A stretch of DNA of 64,000 nt from contig CAWGMA010000004.1 in assembly GCA_963823555.1 (NCBI GenBank), forward strand, positions 412,974 to 476,973, written 5' to 3'. Positions 1 to 9,951 of this stretch are shown here, piece after piece. Numbering within the stretch: the stretch's first letter is position 1; the number at the start of each line of letters is the position of its first letter. The notes under the pieces are model-generated. The model saw only the letters and a program-made list of their open reading frames with translations. It had not been told where the DNA came from and did not search any database. Source of the DNA: Candidatus Eiseniibacteriota bacterium (GTDB lineage: Bacteria; Eisenbacteria; RBG-16-71-46; CAVPCR01). Position numbers and translations under genes: made by a program.

Positions 1-246
1 ATCCCCCGCGGAAGCCTCGACGGTGCAGCGGGTCGGGTCACCGGCAGCCGGTCACCTGACCCAACTCATGTTTCGACCGGTGTGGAGATGTCCCTTAGGG
101 AAACGTTCTTGATATGAGGCGGCACGACTCGATTGGAGGCAGCTCGCGGAACCCCGGGCGGAGGGAGGATGCGGGGGAAAAACTGCGAGCGGCCGGGCCT
201 GGGCACCGACCGCTCGCTCCGGGGGGAGAACCGGATGAAGGCGAAG

Positions 247-582
247 TTAACGGAGGGAGTGTTTCGAGAGCTTGTAGCGCAGCGTGGCCTCCGGCACCTT
301 CAGCGTGTCGGCCGCGACGGCGATGTTTCCCTTGGCCTGCTGCATGGCGGCCTGAATGAAGTACGACTCGACATGATCGAGGACTTCTCTCAGGCCGTAG
401 CGCGGGCTTCCGGCCTCGATATCCAATCGGTACTGCTCGAGGAGTCCGGCCAGCGAAGTGCGGAACGTCATCTCGCTGGTCACTTCGTCGACGAGGCGAA
501 GTAGACGCTGATTGGTGTCGAGGGCATCGCGGCTGGCCTTGTGCAGTTCCGCCGCCACTGATTGCAACGAACGTCGTTTCAT
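247..582 (-). CDS. Fis-family small DNA-binding protein (111 aa)
   Basis: C-terminal helix-turn-helix 'GNIAVAADTLKVPEATLRYKLSKH' matches the Fis/NtrC-type HTH. The size is Fis-like. ATG start at 582. Confidence 0.6.
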   Translation of the reverse strand: MKRRSLQSVAAELHKASRDALDTNQRLLRLVDEVTSEMTFRTSLAGLLEQYRLDIEAGSPRYGLREVLDHVESYFIQAAMQQAKGNIAVAADTLKVPEATLRYKLSKHSLR

Positions 583-1102
583 TTTCTCTCAGCTCGATTC
601 TTCAGCGGGAATGTGGATTGTTCGTGCCGGCCAGCCGGCTCTCAACTGGTATATGGTAGCGCCGGATGGCGCCGGCCGCAAACCTGAAAATCCTGCGCCT
701 GGGAGCCAACAGTGGCAGTCGGCGGTTGGCAGCAAGGATTTGAGGGCGGGGTGCTGGGCCCGGTCTGGGGGCCCGGCCTCGGGTCGTGCCGGGCCTCGGC
801 GGTTGGCCCGTTTGGGGGGCCGCCCGGAACGCTCCTCGCGGCTCTCACCGGGCTCGACTGCCCCCTGGCTCGGGCGCCGGCCCGCCGGCCCGCGGGCGGG
901 CCGGCCGCGGGTCGGCGGGTCCGGCAGCCGCCCCGCGGCCTCACCGCGGATCCCGCCGCGAGAGGAGCCATCCGAGCTGAGGGCCTTGGGAGGCACGGTA
1001 GCCGGCGGCCAACGCTTGACGCCTCCCCCTGGTATCGGGTTCTCTCCACCTCGTGCAGCGCATGCTATCGGCCTTTCATGGCCGGCGGTCGGCTCCCAGT
1101 CC

Positions 1103-1702
1103 ATGAGCGCATCTCAATCACCCTCCTCTCAGGATGATGCCCGTTTCATCGCGCGCGCCCTGGCCGGCGATGAAGCGGCATACAGCGAGCTTCTGACTCG
1201 CTATCGCGCCCGTGTCATGGGGCTGGCTCTGCGGATGGTGCAGAACTCCGATGACGCCGCCGATATCGCCCAGGAGGCATTCGTCCGGGCGTTTCAGTCC
1301 CTTGCGAACTTCGATGTCACCAAGTCGTTCGGAGCCTGGATCGCCAAGATCACGGCGAATCTGTGCATCGATCACTTCAGGCGGCGGCGCGTGCCGATCG
1401 TCTCCATGGATATGCCGTTCGACACAGAACGTGGTGAGCGCCCGCGCGAGTATCCCGATGAGCGCCCGATCGCCGACGAGATCGTCAGTCGCCACGAGGC
1501 CGAGCAACGACTCGATGCGATCATCGCCGCGCTCCCTCCCCGCTATCGCGTCGTGGTGCTGCTGCGCTACAAGCAAGACCTGGCCTATGAGGAGATCGCC
1601 GAGACCCTCGGCATCCCCCTCGGTACGGTGAAGGCGCGGCTCCACCGCGCCCATCACCTGCTCAAGCGGCGCCTGGCCGGGGTCCGGGAGGAAACGCCAT
1701 GA
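1103..1702 (+). CDS. ECF (group IV sigma-70 family) RNA polymerase sigma factor, 199 aa
   Basis: Region 2/4 features 'DIAQEAFVRAF...GAWIAKITANLCIDHFRRRR' and 'LPPRYRVVVLLRYKQDLAYEEIAETLGIPLGTVKARLHRA'. ORF-track ORF 512..1702 is trimmed to the in-frame ATG at 1103, because the first 197 codons are low-complexity Arg/Pro/Gly and overlap antisense ORFs. Confidence 0.8.
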   Translation: MSASQSPSSQDDARFIARALAGDEAAYSELLTRYRARVMGLALRMVQNSDDAADIAQEAFVRAFQSLANFDVTKSFGAWIAKITANLCIDHFRRRRVPIVSMDMPFDTERGERPREYPDERPIADEIVSRHEAEQRLDAIIAALPPRYRVVVLLRYKQDLAYEEIAETLGIPLGTVKARLHRAHHLLKRRLAGVREETP

Positions 1703-1865
1703 CGCTCCGGAGCCCCGCGGCGTCCCGTTTCCAGGCAGGGGAACCGGGTGATTGGGGTCCGGCGTCGCGGCACCTGCAACCCGGGTCCCGGCCCCGGCGT
1801 ATGGTGATGGTAGAAACGATGTTGATAGCCCCCAGGCTTCATAAGGGTGGAACCGAGCGTCGAAG

Positions 1866-2654
1866 ATGAGCTGTAAGTTGTGGAAAGAGAAGGCATTCGC
1901 CTACACTGAAGGCCTCCTGAGCGCCTCCGAGGCAAAGGCCTACCGCGAGCACATGGCCGGATGCGCCATTTGCAGCGCCGAGGTGACAGCCAGCCTGGGT
2001 CTCAGCCGGTCGCTCCGGGCCCTGCCTGATCCCGCTCTGAGCCGTGAGGCCGCGCGAGCCTTTGACGACGCCGTTCTGGCTCGAGTCAACACCTCCGCGT
2101 CCAGTTTGCCGGCGGCTGCCGCGGTGTCGCCTGAGAGCCGGGTGGCTCAGGTCCTGGCTCTGGCCGCTGCCAGGCGCGCTCGCCCTCGGGTTCCCATCGC
2201 GCCCGATGTGCGCTCGGAGGCTGCCCGCACCATTGCCGCTCGCAGTCGCCTGGCGGTGCGTCCGGCCTCGCCACCGGCTCCTTCCTTCATGCTGGCCTCG
2301 CTGGCCCTGGCTGCTCTCTCCATCGCCGTCACGGTCTTCTTCGGGGAGTGGATGGTCAGCACGATCGGCACCAGCCTCACCCTGGCGCTGGGTGCCCTGG
2401 GTGAGGGCGGCGGCTGGTTGGCCGAGGGAGTGGGAGCCCGGGTCATTGAACTCGTCGCCGTGTTTCGGGTCGTCCGTGTCCTGGCCGATGACGTCGGGCC
2501 TGTCTTCGATGGTGTACGTCAGCTGGCCAGTGTGCGGGGCTCCGAACTCATGGTGGTCTCCGTCCTCGCTGCTCTCTTGCTTGGCCTTGCCGGTTTCATC
2601 GTGCGCCGAGATCGATCGGTGGCGCGTGAGCGGACGCGTGGCGGCATGTCCTGA
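1866..2654 (+). CDS. Putative zinc-finger (ZAS-type) anti-sigma factor with transmembrane segment
   Basis: Lies immediately downstream of the ECF sigma. N-terminal 'H-x3-C-x2-C' motif (REHMAGCAICSAEV). A hydrophobic TM stretch 'MLASLALAALSIAVTVFF' follows. Confidence 0.65.
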   Translation: MSCKLWKEKAFAYTEGLLSASEAKAYREHMAGCAICSAEVTASLGLSRSLRALPDPALSREAARAFDDAVLARVNTSASSLPAAAAVSPESRVAQVLALAAARRARPRVPIAPDVRSEAARTIAARSRLAVRPASPPAPSFMLASLALAALSIAVTVFFGEWMVSTIGTSLTLALGALGEGGGWLAEGVGARVIELVAVFRVVRVLADDVGPVFDGVRQLASVRGSELMVVSVLAALLLGLAGFIVRRDRSVARERTRGGMS

Positions 2655-2688
2655 TGCCCGAGGTGATTGTCAGCCGTCGAGGGTCATC

Positions 2689-4155
2689 ATGAAACGAATG
2701 TGCATCACCCGACTCCAAGTTGCCGCGATCGTGACATTCATGGTCCTTGCTCTCATCCCGTGGGCGACCACAGTGGAGGCGGCTCGGCCATCGTCACAGG
2801 CTCCTTCGGGCGAGCCCGGCATCGAGATCGGGCCGGATCCCGATGCGCCACCACCCAAGCCCAGGCCACCCCAGGAGAGGACGCCGGAGACGCCCGCGAC
2901 CCCGAGCACTCCTGTGCCCCCGCTCGACGAGACCAAGGAGGCGCTGGAGCGTACCCAGGCAGATGTCGAGAGGATGCGCGAGGAAGTCGAGGCGGAGCGA
3001 CGCAGGGCCGAAGAGGTGCTGCGGGCCGAGGACGCGCTCCGCGAAGTCGAAGAGCAACTCAAGCGGGAACGCATCATCAAGCATCGCACGGATGGGGAGG
3101 AAGAGTGGGACACTCACGGTGGTCAAGTGGTGCGGATGGGGCAGGACGTGGTGGTCGAGCCGGGCGAGTCGGTGGATGAGGCCGTCGTCATCGGTGGCGA
3201 TCTCATCGTCAAGGGTTACGTTGCCGGCGATGCGGTCTCTGTCGGCGGTGATGTCCTCGTCAAACCTGGCGGACACGTGACCGGGGATGCCGTGAGCATC
3301 GGTGGTGATCTCGAGGTCGAACCCGGTGGGCTCGTCGACGGAGACGAGGTACAGGTCGGTAACATCGGGCCGATCTTCATTCCCGGGTTCGGTCGCCAGC
3401 ACAATGGCCCCGGCGGATGGATGCAAGCCATCAAGAGCCTGCTCACGTTGCTCGTCCTTCTGTTCATCGGTTGGCTGGCCATGGTGCTCATCGGCGGGCG
3501 TTTGTCGACCTTGGCCGACGTCGTCCAGAACGACTTCTGGCGCTCGCTCCTGGTCGGCGTCCTCGTGCTCGTGCTGTGGCTGCCGGCCGTGTTCCTGACG
3601 ACGATCACCGTGATCGGGATTCCAGTGGCGATCGTGCTCGTCATCGGCGTGCCGCTGGCCATGTTCTTCGGCTACCTGGTCGGTGCGCTCGCCTTTGGCC
3701 GACGCTTGGTTGCTGGCTTGCGCTTCGACCAGGGTAGCGAGCTCATGCACCTCCTCGCCGGTCTGGCGGCCATCGGGCTCCTCGGGTTGCTCGGCAAGCT
3801 GCTCGGCATCTTCGACATTCTCGGCCCGGTGGCGCTGGCCTTCCGCATCGTGAGCTGGGCGCTTCTGAGTTTCGCAGCGATCCTCGGCCTCGGAGCGCTG
3901 ACCATGACGTGGATCAGTCTCCTGCAAACGAGGCGTGGCGCCCGTGCCGAGACGCCGCCAGCGGCGGGAGGCGCGCCGCCACCTCCGCCGCCCCCGGGCC
4001 CCGAGCCGCCGCCGAGCGGAGGGCCGCCGCAGCGGGGCAAGCTGGTCTGGGAGCCGAAGCCGGCCGGCGATCCGCTGCCGGAATCGCCGGGTGGTTCCGA
4101 GAGCACCCGGGCGATGACCGGGCCCGAGGCTCCGCCGCTTCCCGGGCCCGCCTAG
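2689..4155 (+). CDS. Membrane protein with beta-helical Gly/Asp repeat domain (DUF4097 / bactofilin-like), multi-TM C-terminal region and Pro-rich tail
   Basis: Internal ATG at 2689 (MKRMCITRL...) chosen because the ORF-track start 2044 overlaps the anti-sigma gene in another frame. Signal/TM segment, then a coiled-coil Glu/Arg-rich segment. Repeats 'VIGGDLIVKGYVAGDAVSVGGDVLVKPGGHVTGDAVSIGGDLEV' follow. At least four predicted TM helices. C-terminal 'PPPPPPPGPEPPPSGGPP'. Confidence 0.65.
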   Translation: MKRMCITRLQVAAIVTFMVLALIPWATTVEAARPSSQAPSGEPGIEIGPDPDAPPPKPRPPQERTPETPATPSTPVPPLDETKEALERTQADVERMREEVEAERRRAEEVLRAEDALREVEEQLKRERIIKHRTDGEEEWDTHGGQVVRMGQDVVVEPGESVDEAVVIGGDLIVKGYVAGDAVSVGGDVLVKPGGHVTGDAVSIGGDLEVEPGGLVDGDEVQVGNIGPIFIPGFGRQHNGPGGWMQAIKSLLTLLVLLFIGWLAMVLIGGRLSTLADVVQNDFWRSLLVGVLVLVLWLPAVFLTTITVIGIPVAIVLVIGVPLAMFFGYLVGALAFGRRLVAGLRFDQGSELMHLLAGLAAIGLLGLLGKLLGIFDILGPVALAFRIVSWALLSFAAILGLGALTMTWISLLQTRRGARAETPPAAGGAPPPPPPPGPEPPPSGGPPQRGKLVWEPKPAGDPLPESPGGSESTRAMTGPEAPPLPGPA

Positions 4156-4160
4156 CGACC

Positions 4161-5045
4161 ATGCCGGCGTCTCAGCCCCCAGCGTCAGCCGGAGTTTCGC
4201 AGCTTCGAGCCGCAGCCTCCTGCAAGGGAGCTGCGGCTCTCGTCTGCCTGGGGTTGCTCCTCCTGGGTGCGGTTGGTCGGTCCGCTCCCGCGGCAGCCCG
4301 TGTTCTCCGCGTCGAGGGCGGTAGCTCGGCCGCGGCGGCCGTGTCGCGCGCCGCCGCCGGGGACACCATTCTCCTTGGCGCCGGTTCATTCAACGAGACG
4401 ATCGAGATCAACACCGGCGTTCGCATCCGGGGTGCGGGGGAAGGCCGCACCGTGCTCACGCGGCCTGGAGGCGAGGGAGTGCGCGTGCATTCGGGCGTGC
4501 ACGGGGCGGAACTCGTTGATCTGACCGTGCGGCGGGCCGCTGTCGGGATCCGAGTCGATGCTGCGGATCTGAAGATCGATGGCTGCCGCATCGAGGACTG
4601 CGATGACTATGGCCTGAGCGCCCGCGGCGAGTCCCGGATCGAGATCGCGAACAGTTTTCTCCGCAGCAACAAGGCCAGCGCGCTCAATGCCCGCTCCGGG
4701 GTAGAGGTTCACCTTGCCGACTGCCAGGTCACCGGCAATCAGACCGGCCTCGAGCTCGACGGCGCCCGAGCAGTGGTCGTGGGGAGCGAGATCTCGGGCA
4801 ATGTGATCGGCGCTCTGGTCCGGGGCTCGGGTCATCTCGTCCTGGGCGATCGTCCGGGAGCAGGCAATCGAATCCATCGCAACCGGCTCGCCACGGTGAA
4901 GAACCTGACGTCCTCCCCGGTCGCTGCTCGCTACAACTACTGGGGGGACATGGAATGCGCCTTCGTGCGCGGGTTCACCGGCCCGATCCGCTACCAGCCC
5001 TTCATGAACCTGGCGCTCGACGACTCGCTCGCGACTTGCCCTTGA
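4161..5045 (+). CDS. Secreted right-handed parallel beta-helix repeat protein (NosD / pectin-lyase-fold like)
   Basis: Signal peptide 'AALVCLGLLLLGAVGRSAPAAA'. Repeated 'G..I.........N' beta-helix repeats (IEINTGVRIRGAG, VRVDAADLKIDGCRIED, VEVHLADCQVTGN, LELDGARAVVVGSEISGN). In-frame ATG at 4161 follows the upstream gene stop at 4155. Confidence 0.65.
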   Translation: MPASQPPASAGVSQLRAAASCKGAAALVCLGLLLLGAVGRSAPAAARVLRVEGGSSAAAAVSRAAAGDTILLGAGSFNETIEINTGVRIRGAGEGRTVLTRPGGEGVRVHSGVHGAELVDLTVRRAAVGIRVDAADLKIDGCRIEDCDDYGLSARGESRIEIANSFLRSNKASALNARSGVEVHLADCQVTGNQTGLELDGARAVVVGSEISGNVIGALVRGSGHLVLGDRPGAGNRIHRNRLATVKNLTSSPVAARYNYWGDMECAFVRGFTGPIRYQPFMNLALDDSLATCP

Positions 5046-5791
5046 TCGCGCCCTGGGGCGCTCGATCCCTCCACGGCTACCTCGGCGCGGTTGAAGCTCG
5101 GCGTGCGCAACACGTCGTTTCGGTCCTGGAAGCCGGTGACCCCCATGACCAGGCCGAAGAACGCCTTGGGCAGTCCCAGGAGCCCGAAACCATCCCCACC
5201 GTCGGTCTCGGTCTCGCCCGATAGCCAGTCCTCGAGTTCTTCCACGTCCTCCATGGTGAGAGGCTTGAGGGCGGCGGTGACGACCAGATAGTAGTTGTCG
5301 TCATCGCGCAGGACGGAGAGTGGAGCAATGTGCAGATCGCGTCGGGACTCGAGAGCGCCGCGCGCCTCGGCAAGATCGAGAAAGATCTCCTGCCGACCTT
5401 CCTTGTCCCGTACCACGTAGACCTCGTCCCAGGCATCGAGCTGGAGCTTGTAGGCCAGGTGCCGTGAGGCCTCCCGCCGATCGAACCAGGCCGATCGCTC
5501 GCGCCAGACCTCGATGTCGAGGATCAGCGTCACCGGCACTCCGCGCTCGAGGATCTCCTCGGTCGGGGCGTCGATGAGGTTGACGAGCGTGAGGTCCACG
5601 GCCAGATCATCGCCGGCGGCGGCGATGCGCTCCAGGCGAACACCGATCTCGTGCTCTGCGTCGTCCGGCATGTTCTCGGGCGCCACTGCCTTCACGGTGC
5701 TGTCCGTCTGGGCGTGGGCGACTCCCACCGCGGTCGTGCCGGCGAATCCGGAGAGGCCGCAGGCCAGGACCAGGACGAGGGTCCGGGGCAT
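4991..5791 (-). CDS. Hypothetical secreted protein with acidic C-terminal region (266 aa)
   Basis: Signal peptide 'MPRTLVLVLACGLSGFAGTTAVGVAHA' from the internal ATG. The ORF-track start 5890 is a GTG further upstream. Lies downstream of, and co-oriented with, the sigma-54 regulator. Its 3' end overlaps the convergent beta-helix gene by ~55 nt. Confidence 0.55.
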   Translation of the reverse strand: MPRTLVLVLACGLSGFAGTTAVGVAHAQTDSTVKAVAPENMPDDAEHEIGVRLERIAAAGDDLAVDLTLVNLIDAPTEEILERGVPVTLILDIEVWRERSAWFDRREASRHLAYKLQLDAWDEVYVVRDKEGRQEIFLDLAEARGALESRRDLHIAPLSVLRDDDNYYLVVTAALKPLTMEDVEELEDWLSGETETDGGDGFGLLGLPKAFFGLVMGVTGFQDRNDVLRTPSFNRAEVAVEGSSAPGRDQGQVASESSSARFMKGW

Positions 5792-6240
5792 GAGCCCCTG
5801 TGCCCTCTTTCCTCCGCGCCGCCAGCGGTGGATGGCCAGCGGCGAGGTCGCGGGCCTCTGGCCGCAGCCGAACATCCGACCCATGATCACGACCCTCCGC
5901 GGTTCATCACCGCGCCTCCTCGAATTCAGTCCGAACCGCTCGGCTTCGCGCCGCCGGCCCGGGAGGTCTCGCTCGGGGCAGCGATCGGGGGCTGCCCGAC
6001 CGCAATGATGGCCATTGCATGGGACGTACCACCCTCAAGTGGCGGAATCGCTTCCTCGTGTCGGTGGAAATGCTTGTCCCGACACATGTTGGTCAGGTTC
6101 GCGGTCCGCTCCGGCGGGATCAAGGGTGCCGCCGTGGCCGGAGCGTGCCAGCTGTTGCATCACCGCATCAGTATTCCGGTTCCCGCCCACTGGTCCGGCG
6201 CGGTCGCTCGGCCCCAGACGTCCAGATTCTCGACAGTCTC

Positions 6241-7626
6241 TCAGCTTCCAGTGCCCCCGCCACGGCTGATCCCATGGCGCTTCATCTTCCGGTGCAGGCT
6301 TGCGCGATCGATGCCCAGATTCTTGGCGGCGGCGGAGACGTTCCAGGCCGCCCGCTCCAGCTCGGCCCTGAGCACCTCTCGTTCCGCAGCGTCCAGCTGC
6401 CCGCGCAGGTTGGACGGGTTCTCGATCTCCTCGGCGCTGGGTGGAACCTCTTCCAGGTACGAAGAGAGGACCGCGCCGGTCAGCTCCTCGGCATCGCTCA
6501 TGATGGAGATCCGCTCCATCAGGTTTCGCAGCTCGCGGATATTCCCCGGCCAGTCATGAGCCCGGAGGCGGCGGGCGGCCTCCGCCGAGAGTCGGATCGG
6601 CGGGCGGCGGTTGTCGGCGGCGGCGCGGCCGAGGAAGTGCTCGGCCAGGAGGGGGATGTCGTCCCCGCGCTCGCGCAGGGCCGGCACGACGATGGGCACG
6701 ACGCTCAGTCGGTAGTAGAGGTCCTCGCGGAAGCGGCCGGCTGCGATCTCCGCTTTCAGGTCCTTGTTGGTGGCGGCGATCACGCGCACATCGAAGCGGA
6801 TGGCGCGACTGCCGCCGACGCGTTCCGCCTCGCCGGTCTCGAGCGCACGCAGCAGCTTGGCCTGGGCTTCCGCCGACATGTCGCCCACCTCGTCGAGGAA
6901 CAGCGTGCCCTGATCGGCCAGCTCGAACTTGCCCTTGCGCGTGGCGGTGGCTCCGGTGAAGGAGCCGCGCTCGTGCCCGAAGAGCTCTGATTCGACCAGG
7001 TCGCGCGGAATGGCGGCGCAGTTCACCTTGATGAAAGGACCGCGAGCCCGCGATGAAGCATCATGGATAGCGCGCGCCACGAGCTCCTTGCCGGTGCCGT
7101 TCTCGCCGAGGATGAGCACCTTGGCCTGCGTCGGGGCCACGCGCCGGATCGCCTCGCGCACCGTCCCGGCCGCAGCGCTCTGGCCGACCATCTCGAAGTC
7201 CGCCACGCGGTCACCACGCTCGGCGCGGAGCCCAGCGTTCTCCCGGCCCAGCGCGTGGAAGGCGAGCGCCCGCTCGATGGTGACGAGGAGCTTCTCCGGC
7301 GCGATGGGCTTCTCGAGGAAATCGTACGCGCCAAGGCGGACCGCGCTCACGGCGCGCTCGATCGTCGCCTCGCCGGAGAGCATGACCACCGGCTGGTCCG
7401 GATAGCGCTCCCGCAGGCGCTCGAGCGCGGCCAGGCCATCGAGCCCCGGCATCACGATATCCAGGACGACGAGATCGGGCTGGCGGCTGTCGAGGCGGGC
7501 CAGGAGATCCGCGCCGTCCTCCAGCTCGTCGACCGTATAGCCTTCGTCGCGCAAGAAGCCGCCCACCGAGCGACGCACACCGGCGTCATCATCGACGAGG
7601 AGCACGGTTTCTCCCCGCGCGCTCAT
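6241..7626 (-). CDS. Sigma-54-dependent Fis-family response regulator (NtrC family), 461 aa
   Basis: Receiver '[13 protein letters not shown]...[14 protein letters not shown]'. AAA+ sigma-54 activator motifs 'GENGTGKE', '[15 protein letters not shown]', '[12 protein letters not shown]'. C-terminal Fis HTH. Confidence 0.9.
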   Translation of the reverse strand: MSARGETVLLVDDDAGVRRSVGGFLRDEGYTVDELEDGADLLARLDSRQPDLVVLDIVMPGLDGLAALERLRERYPDQPVVMLSGEATIERAVSAVRLGAYDFLEKPIAPEKLLVTIERALAFHALGRENAGLRAERGDRVADFEMVGQSAAAGTVREAIRRVAPTQAKVLILGENGTGKELVARAIHDASSRARGPFIKVNCAAIPRDLVESELFGHERGSFTGATATRKGKFELADQGTLFLDEVGDMSAEAQAKLLRALETGEAERVGGSRAIRFDVRVIAATNKDLKAEIAAGRFREDLYYRLSVVPIVVPALRERGDDIPLLAEHFLGRAAADNRRPPIRLSAEAARRLRAHDWPGNIRELRNLMERISIMSDAEELTGAVLSSYLEEVPPSAEEIENPSNLRGQLDAAEREVLRAELERAAWNVSAAAKNLGIDRASLHRKMKRHGISRGGGTGS

Positions 7627-7805
7627 GGGGCGCCCCCGGACCGCTGGGACAAGCCGCGACCTCTCATCAGATGGACCCCCCTCTCGTTCTCCTGGTCGAC
7701 CGCCAACCCAACCATAGCACCAGCCCCCGTCGCGCCGGTGCCGGCGGTGCGAGGTCCCACCCGGCCGGCATGGCCCTGTCCAGGCCTTCGATCGTCATCG
7801 TGTTG

Positions 7806-7864
7806 TGCTAAAATGTCCATGATAGCCGGGTCCCCCGTGGATAGTTAAGCGATTTCGATATAAT
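7806..7864 (+). promoter_or_regulatory. AT-rich promoter-like island upstream of secreted-protein cluster: extended -10 TGcTAAAAT (7806-7814) and TATAAT (7859-7864)
   Basis: Seen in the sequence. These are the only strongly AT-rich hexamers in a ~70% GC context, 50-100 nt upstream of the preferred start at 7914. Confidence 0.3.
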
Positions 7865-7913
7865 GGGTTACGGGATTGCTCGCGCCATCCTGGCGGGAGC
7901 TGGGAGGTCAACC

Positions 7914-9944
7914 ATGGCGCGATGCTCTCTGCGGACGCCCCTCATCCTGGTTCTTCTGGCCTCCGCGCTCGCCCTTTCCGTCATCCCGGCCCAGGCTGCC
8001 CGTCGAATCGTCCTCTTCGAGGAGTCGACCAACTGGGGTTGCCCGCCGTGCTACACCTCCAATCCGACCATCCATCAGTTCCTCGAGGATTACTCGGTGG
8101 CCCAGGTGGTGGCCGTCAAGTGGCACGTGTGGTGGCCGTCCTCCACCGATCCGTTCTACAACCACAACCAGGCTCCCGTGCAGACCCGGATGGGGTACTA
8201 CGGGATCACCACTGCGCCTGATGTGACCGTGGACGGCCGGAACGGGCCGATCCCCGGCTCCTACGGCAGCATGCAGACCTGGGTCGAGGACCGGCTCGCC
8301 CTCGAGAGCCCGCTCGCCATCTCCGTCACCGGCGGCATCAACGGGTCGAACTTCGACGTCACGATCACCGTCGATGTCGAGCAGGTTCCCCCGGCTGGTG
8401 ATTACCGGCTCTTCTGCATCCTCGGTGAGCACCACATCCATCTGCCGAGCCCCAACGGCGAACAGGACCACTATGATGTCTTTCGCCACACCACGAACAA
8501 CTCGGGCGAACCCATCGATCTCAGCGCGACCGGCATCCAGGTCTTCAACCGGAGCCTGCCCTTCGATGCCAGCGAGACTCCCGACAACTTGCAGGTCGTG
8601 GCCTGGATCCAGAACTACAACACGCGAGAGGTCCTGAACGCCGGTACCACGTGGCCCAGGCCGGATTACTATCTCCGCCTCTCGGGCGGGACTCCGGGCG
8701 TGGTCGATGATCCGAACTCGGTCGCCGTCTTGACCCGTGATTTCACCAATCTGGGCACGCAGGACGATGTCTATGACATCACGATCGATCTGCTCACCAC
8801 CCGCATTCCGCTGGAATGGAGCTGGGAGTACACGACGTCACAGGGAACCTTCAGCGGACCCAGCTCGCTCCCGATCACTGCGGATGCCACGGAGACCATG
8901 ACGGTCAACATCGATTCACAGGGGGCTCCGGGTGGCGGCATGCTCGAGCTCGTCATGACCTCGCAGAACGATCCGACCATGGTGCGCCGGCAGCGTTTCT
9001 CCAAGATCTCCGGACCCACGGTGATCGTGGTCGACGATGACGGGGGGACCCACGACGAATCCATGCTGACCCTGAGTCTCGACGCCGCCGGCATCGGCTG
9101 GGGACTGTGGGAGGATGCCTGGGGCAAGCTGGATGGGACCCAGCTCTCGACGGCCCCCGCCGTGTTCTGGACCTGCGGCCTCTCCTATCCGACCCTCGAC
9201 AGCCAGGATCGCCCGGCCCTCACCCAGTTCCTGGCGGGTGGCGGCAAGCTGTTCGTGACCGGCCAGGACATCGGCTGGGAGCTCAACACGTCGAGCAGCG
9301 GCAACTACGACCCGACCTGGTACCGGAACAACCTGCACGCCAACTACGGTACCGATGCGGCCGGCCTCCTGCTTTCCGGGATCAACGGGGACCCGATCGG
9401 GAACGGGATCAACTACACCCTGAGCGCGCAGAGCCAGCCCTATCCCGACGGGATCAACCCCTACGGGACCGGCGCGGTCGCTGCGATCCAGTACAACGCC
9501 ACCTACAAGGGAGTCGTGCGCTGGGACGACGGCAACGCCAAGGTCGTCACCATGGGGCACGGCTTCGAGGGCATCACGGATCCGTCCGTCCAGATCACGC
9601 TCGTCCAGCGCATCATCGACTGGTTCGGCGTGGCCACCGGGATCCAGGTCGAGGAGTCGGCGCCGATCCGCCCGACCCTCGCCCAGAACTACCCCAATCC
9701 GTTCAACCCGACCACGGCGATCCCGTATGCGCTCGCCCGCGAGGGTGAAGCGCGCCTCGTGATCTACGATGTGGCGGGACGCGAGGTGCGTGAGCTGGTG
9801 AGCGGCAGCCAGGTGGCCGGGTCGCACGAAGCCATCTGGGATGGTCGCGATGATGCCGGCCGGCCGCTGGCCAGCGGGACCTACTTCTATCGTCTCGAGA
9901 CTCCGGAGGTCGAAGCGACGCGGAGCATGGTGCTCGTGAAGTGA
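7914..9944 (+). CDS. Secreted modular protein A: N-terminal CxxC (thioredoxin-motif-like) domain + 'DDDG' domain + FlgD-Ig-like/T9SS-type C-terminal sorting domain
   Basis: Start moved to the ATG at 7914 (MARCSLRTPLILVLLASALALSVIPAQA signal peptide; GGGAGG about 6 nt upstream). 'EESTNWGCPPCY' motif. 'VIVVDDDGGTHDE...GQDIGWEL' domain. C-terminus 'NPFNPTTAIPYALAREGEARLVIYDVAGREVRELV...WDGRDDAGRPLASGTYFYRL'. Confidence 0.75.
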   Translation: MARCSLRTPLILVLLASALALSVIPAQAARRIVLFEESTNWGCPPCYTSNPTIHQFLEDYSVAQVVAVKWHVWWPSSTDPFYNHNQAPVQTRMGYYGITTAPDVTVDGRNGPIPGSYGSMQTWVEDRLALESPLAISVTGGINGSNFDVTITVDVEQVPPAGDYRLFCILGEHHIHLPSPNGEQDHYDVFRHTTNNSGEPIDLSATGIQVFNRSLPFDASETPDNLQVVAWIQNYNTREVLNAGTTWPRPDYYLRLSGGTPGVVDDPNSVAVLTRDFTNLGTQDDVYDITIDLLTTRIPLEWSWEYTTSQGTFSGPSSLPITADATETMTVNIDSQGAPGGGMLELVMTSQNDPTMVRRQRFSKISGPTVIVVDDDGGTHDESMLTLSLDAAGIGWGLWEDAWGKLDGTQLSTAPAVFWTCGLSYPTLDSQDRPALTQFLAGGGKLFVTGQDIGWELNTSSSGNYDPTWYRNNLHANYGTDAAGLLLSGINGDPIGNGINYTLSAQSQPYPDGINPYGTGAVAAIQYNATYKGVVRWDDGNAKVVTMGHGFEGITDPSVQITLVQRIIDWFGVATGIQVEESAPIRPTLAQNYPNPFNPTTAIPYALAREGEARLVIYDVAGREVRELVSGSQVAGSHEAIWDGRDDAGRPLASGTYFYRLETPEVEATRSMVLVK

Positions 9945-9951
9945 GGCGGCG

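Noticed and set aside
512-1102. N-terminal 197-codon extension of the ECF sigma ORF (ORF-track 512..1702)
   Set aside because: The extension is Arg/Pro/Gly-rich low complexity with no sigma region 1.1 and overlaps antisense ORFs. The internal ATG at 1103 gives a standard ~200-aa ECF sigma.
2794-4389. 531-aa minus-strand ORF antisense to the beta-helical membrane protein gene
   Set aside because: It is extremely Arg/Pro/Gly/His-rich with no domains. This is the typical shadow ORF on the reverse strand of a high-GC gene. The plus-strand gene has TM helices, repeats and a proper start.
6019-7848. Plus-strand ORFs 6019..6990, 6929..7405 and 7063..7848 overlapping the sigma-54 regulator
   Set aside because: They are antisense to a strongly supported NtrC-family gene, their composition is skewed to Arg/Ala/Gly, and they have no recognisable motifs.
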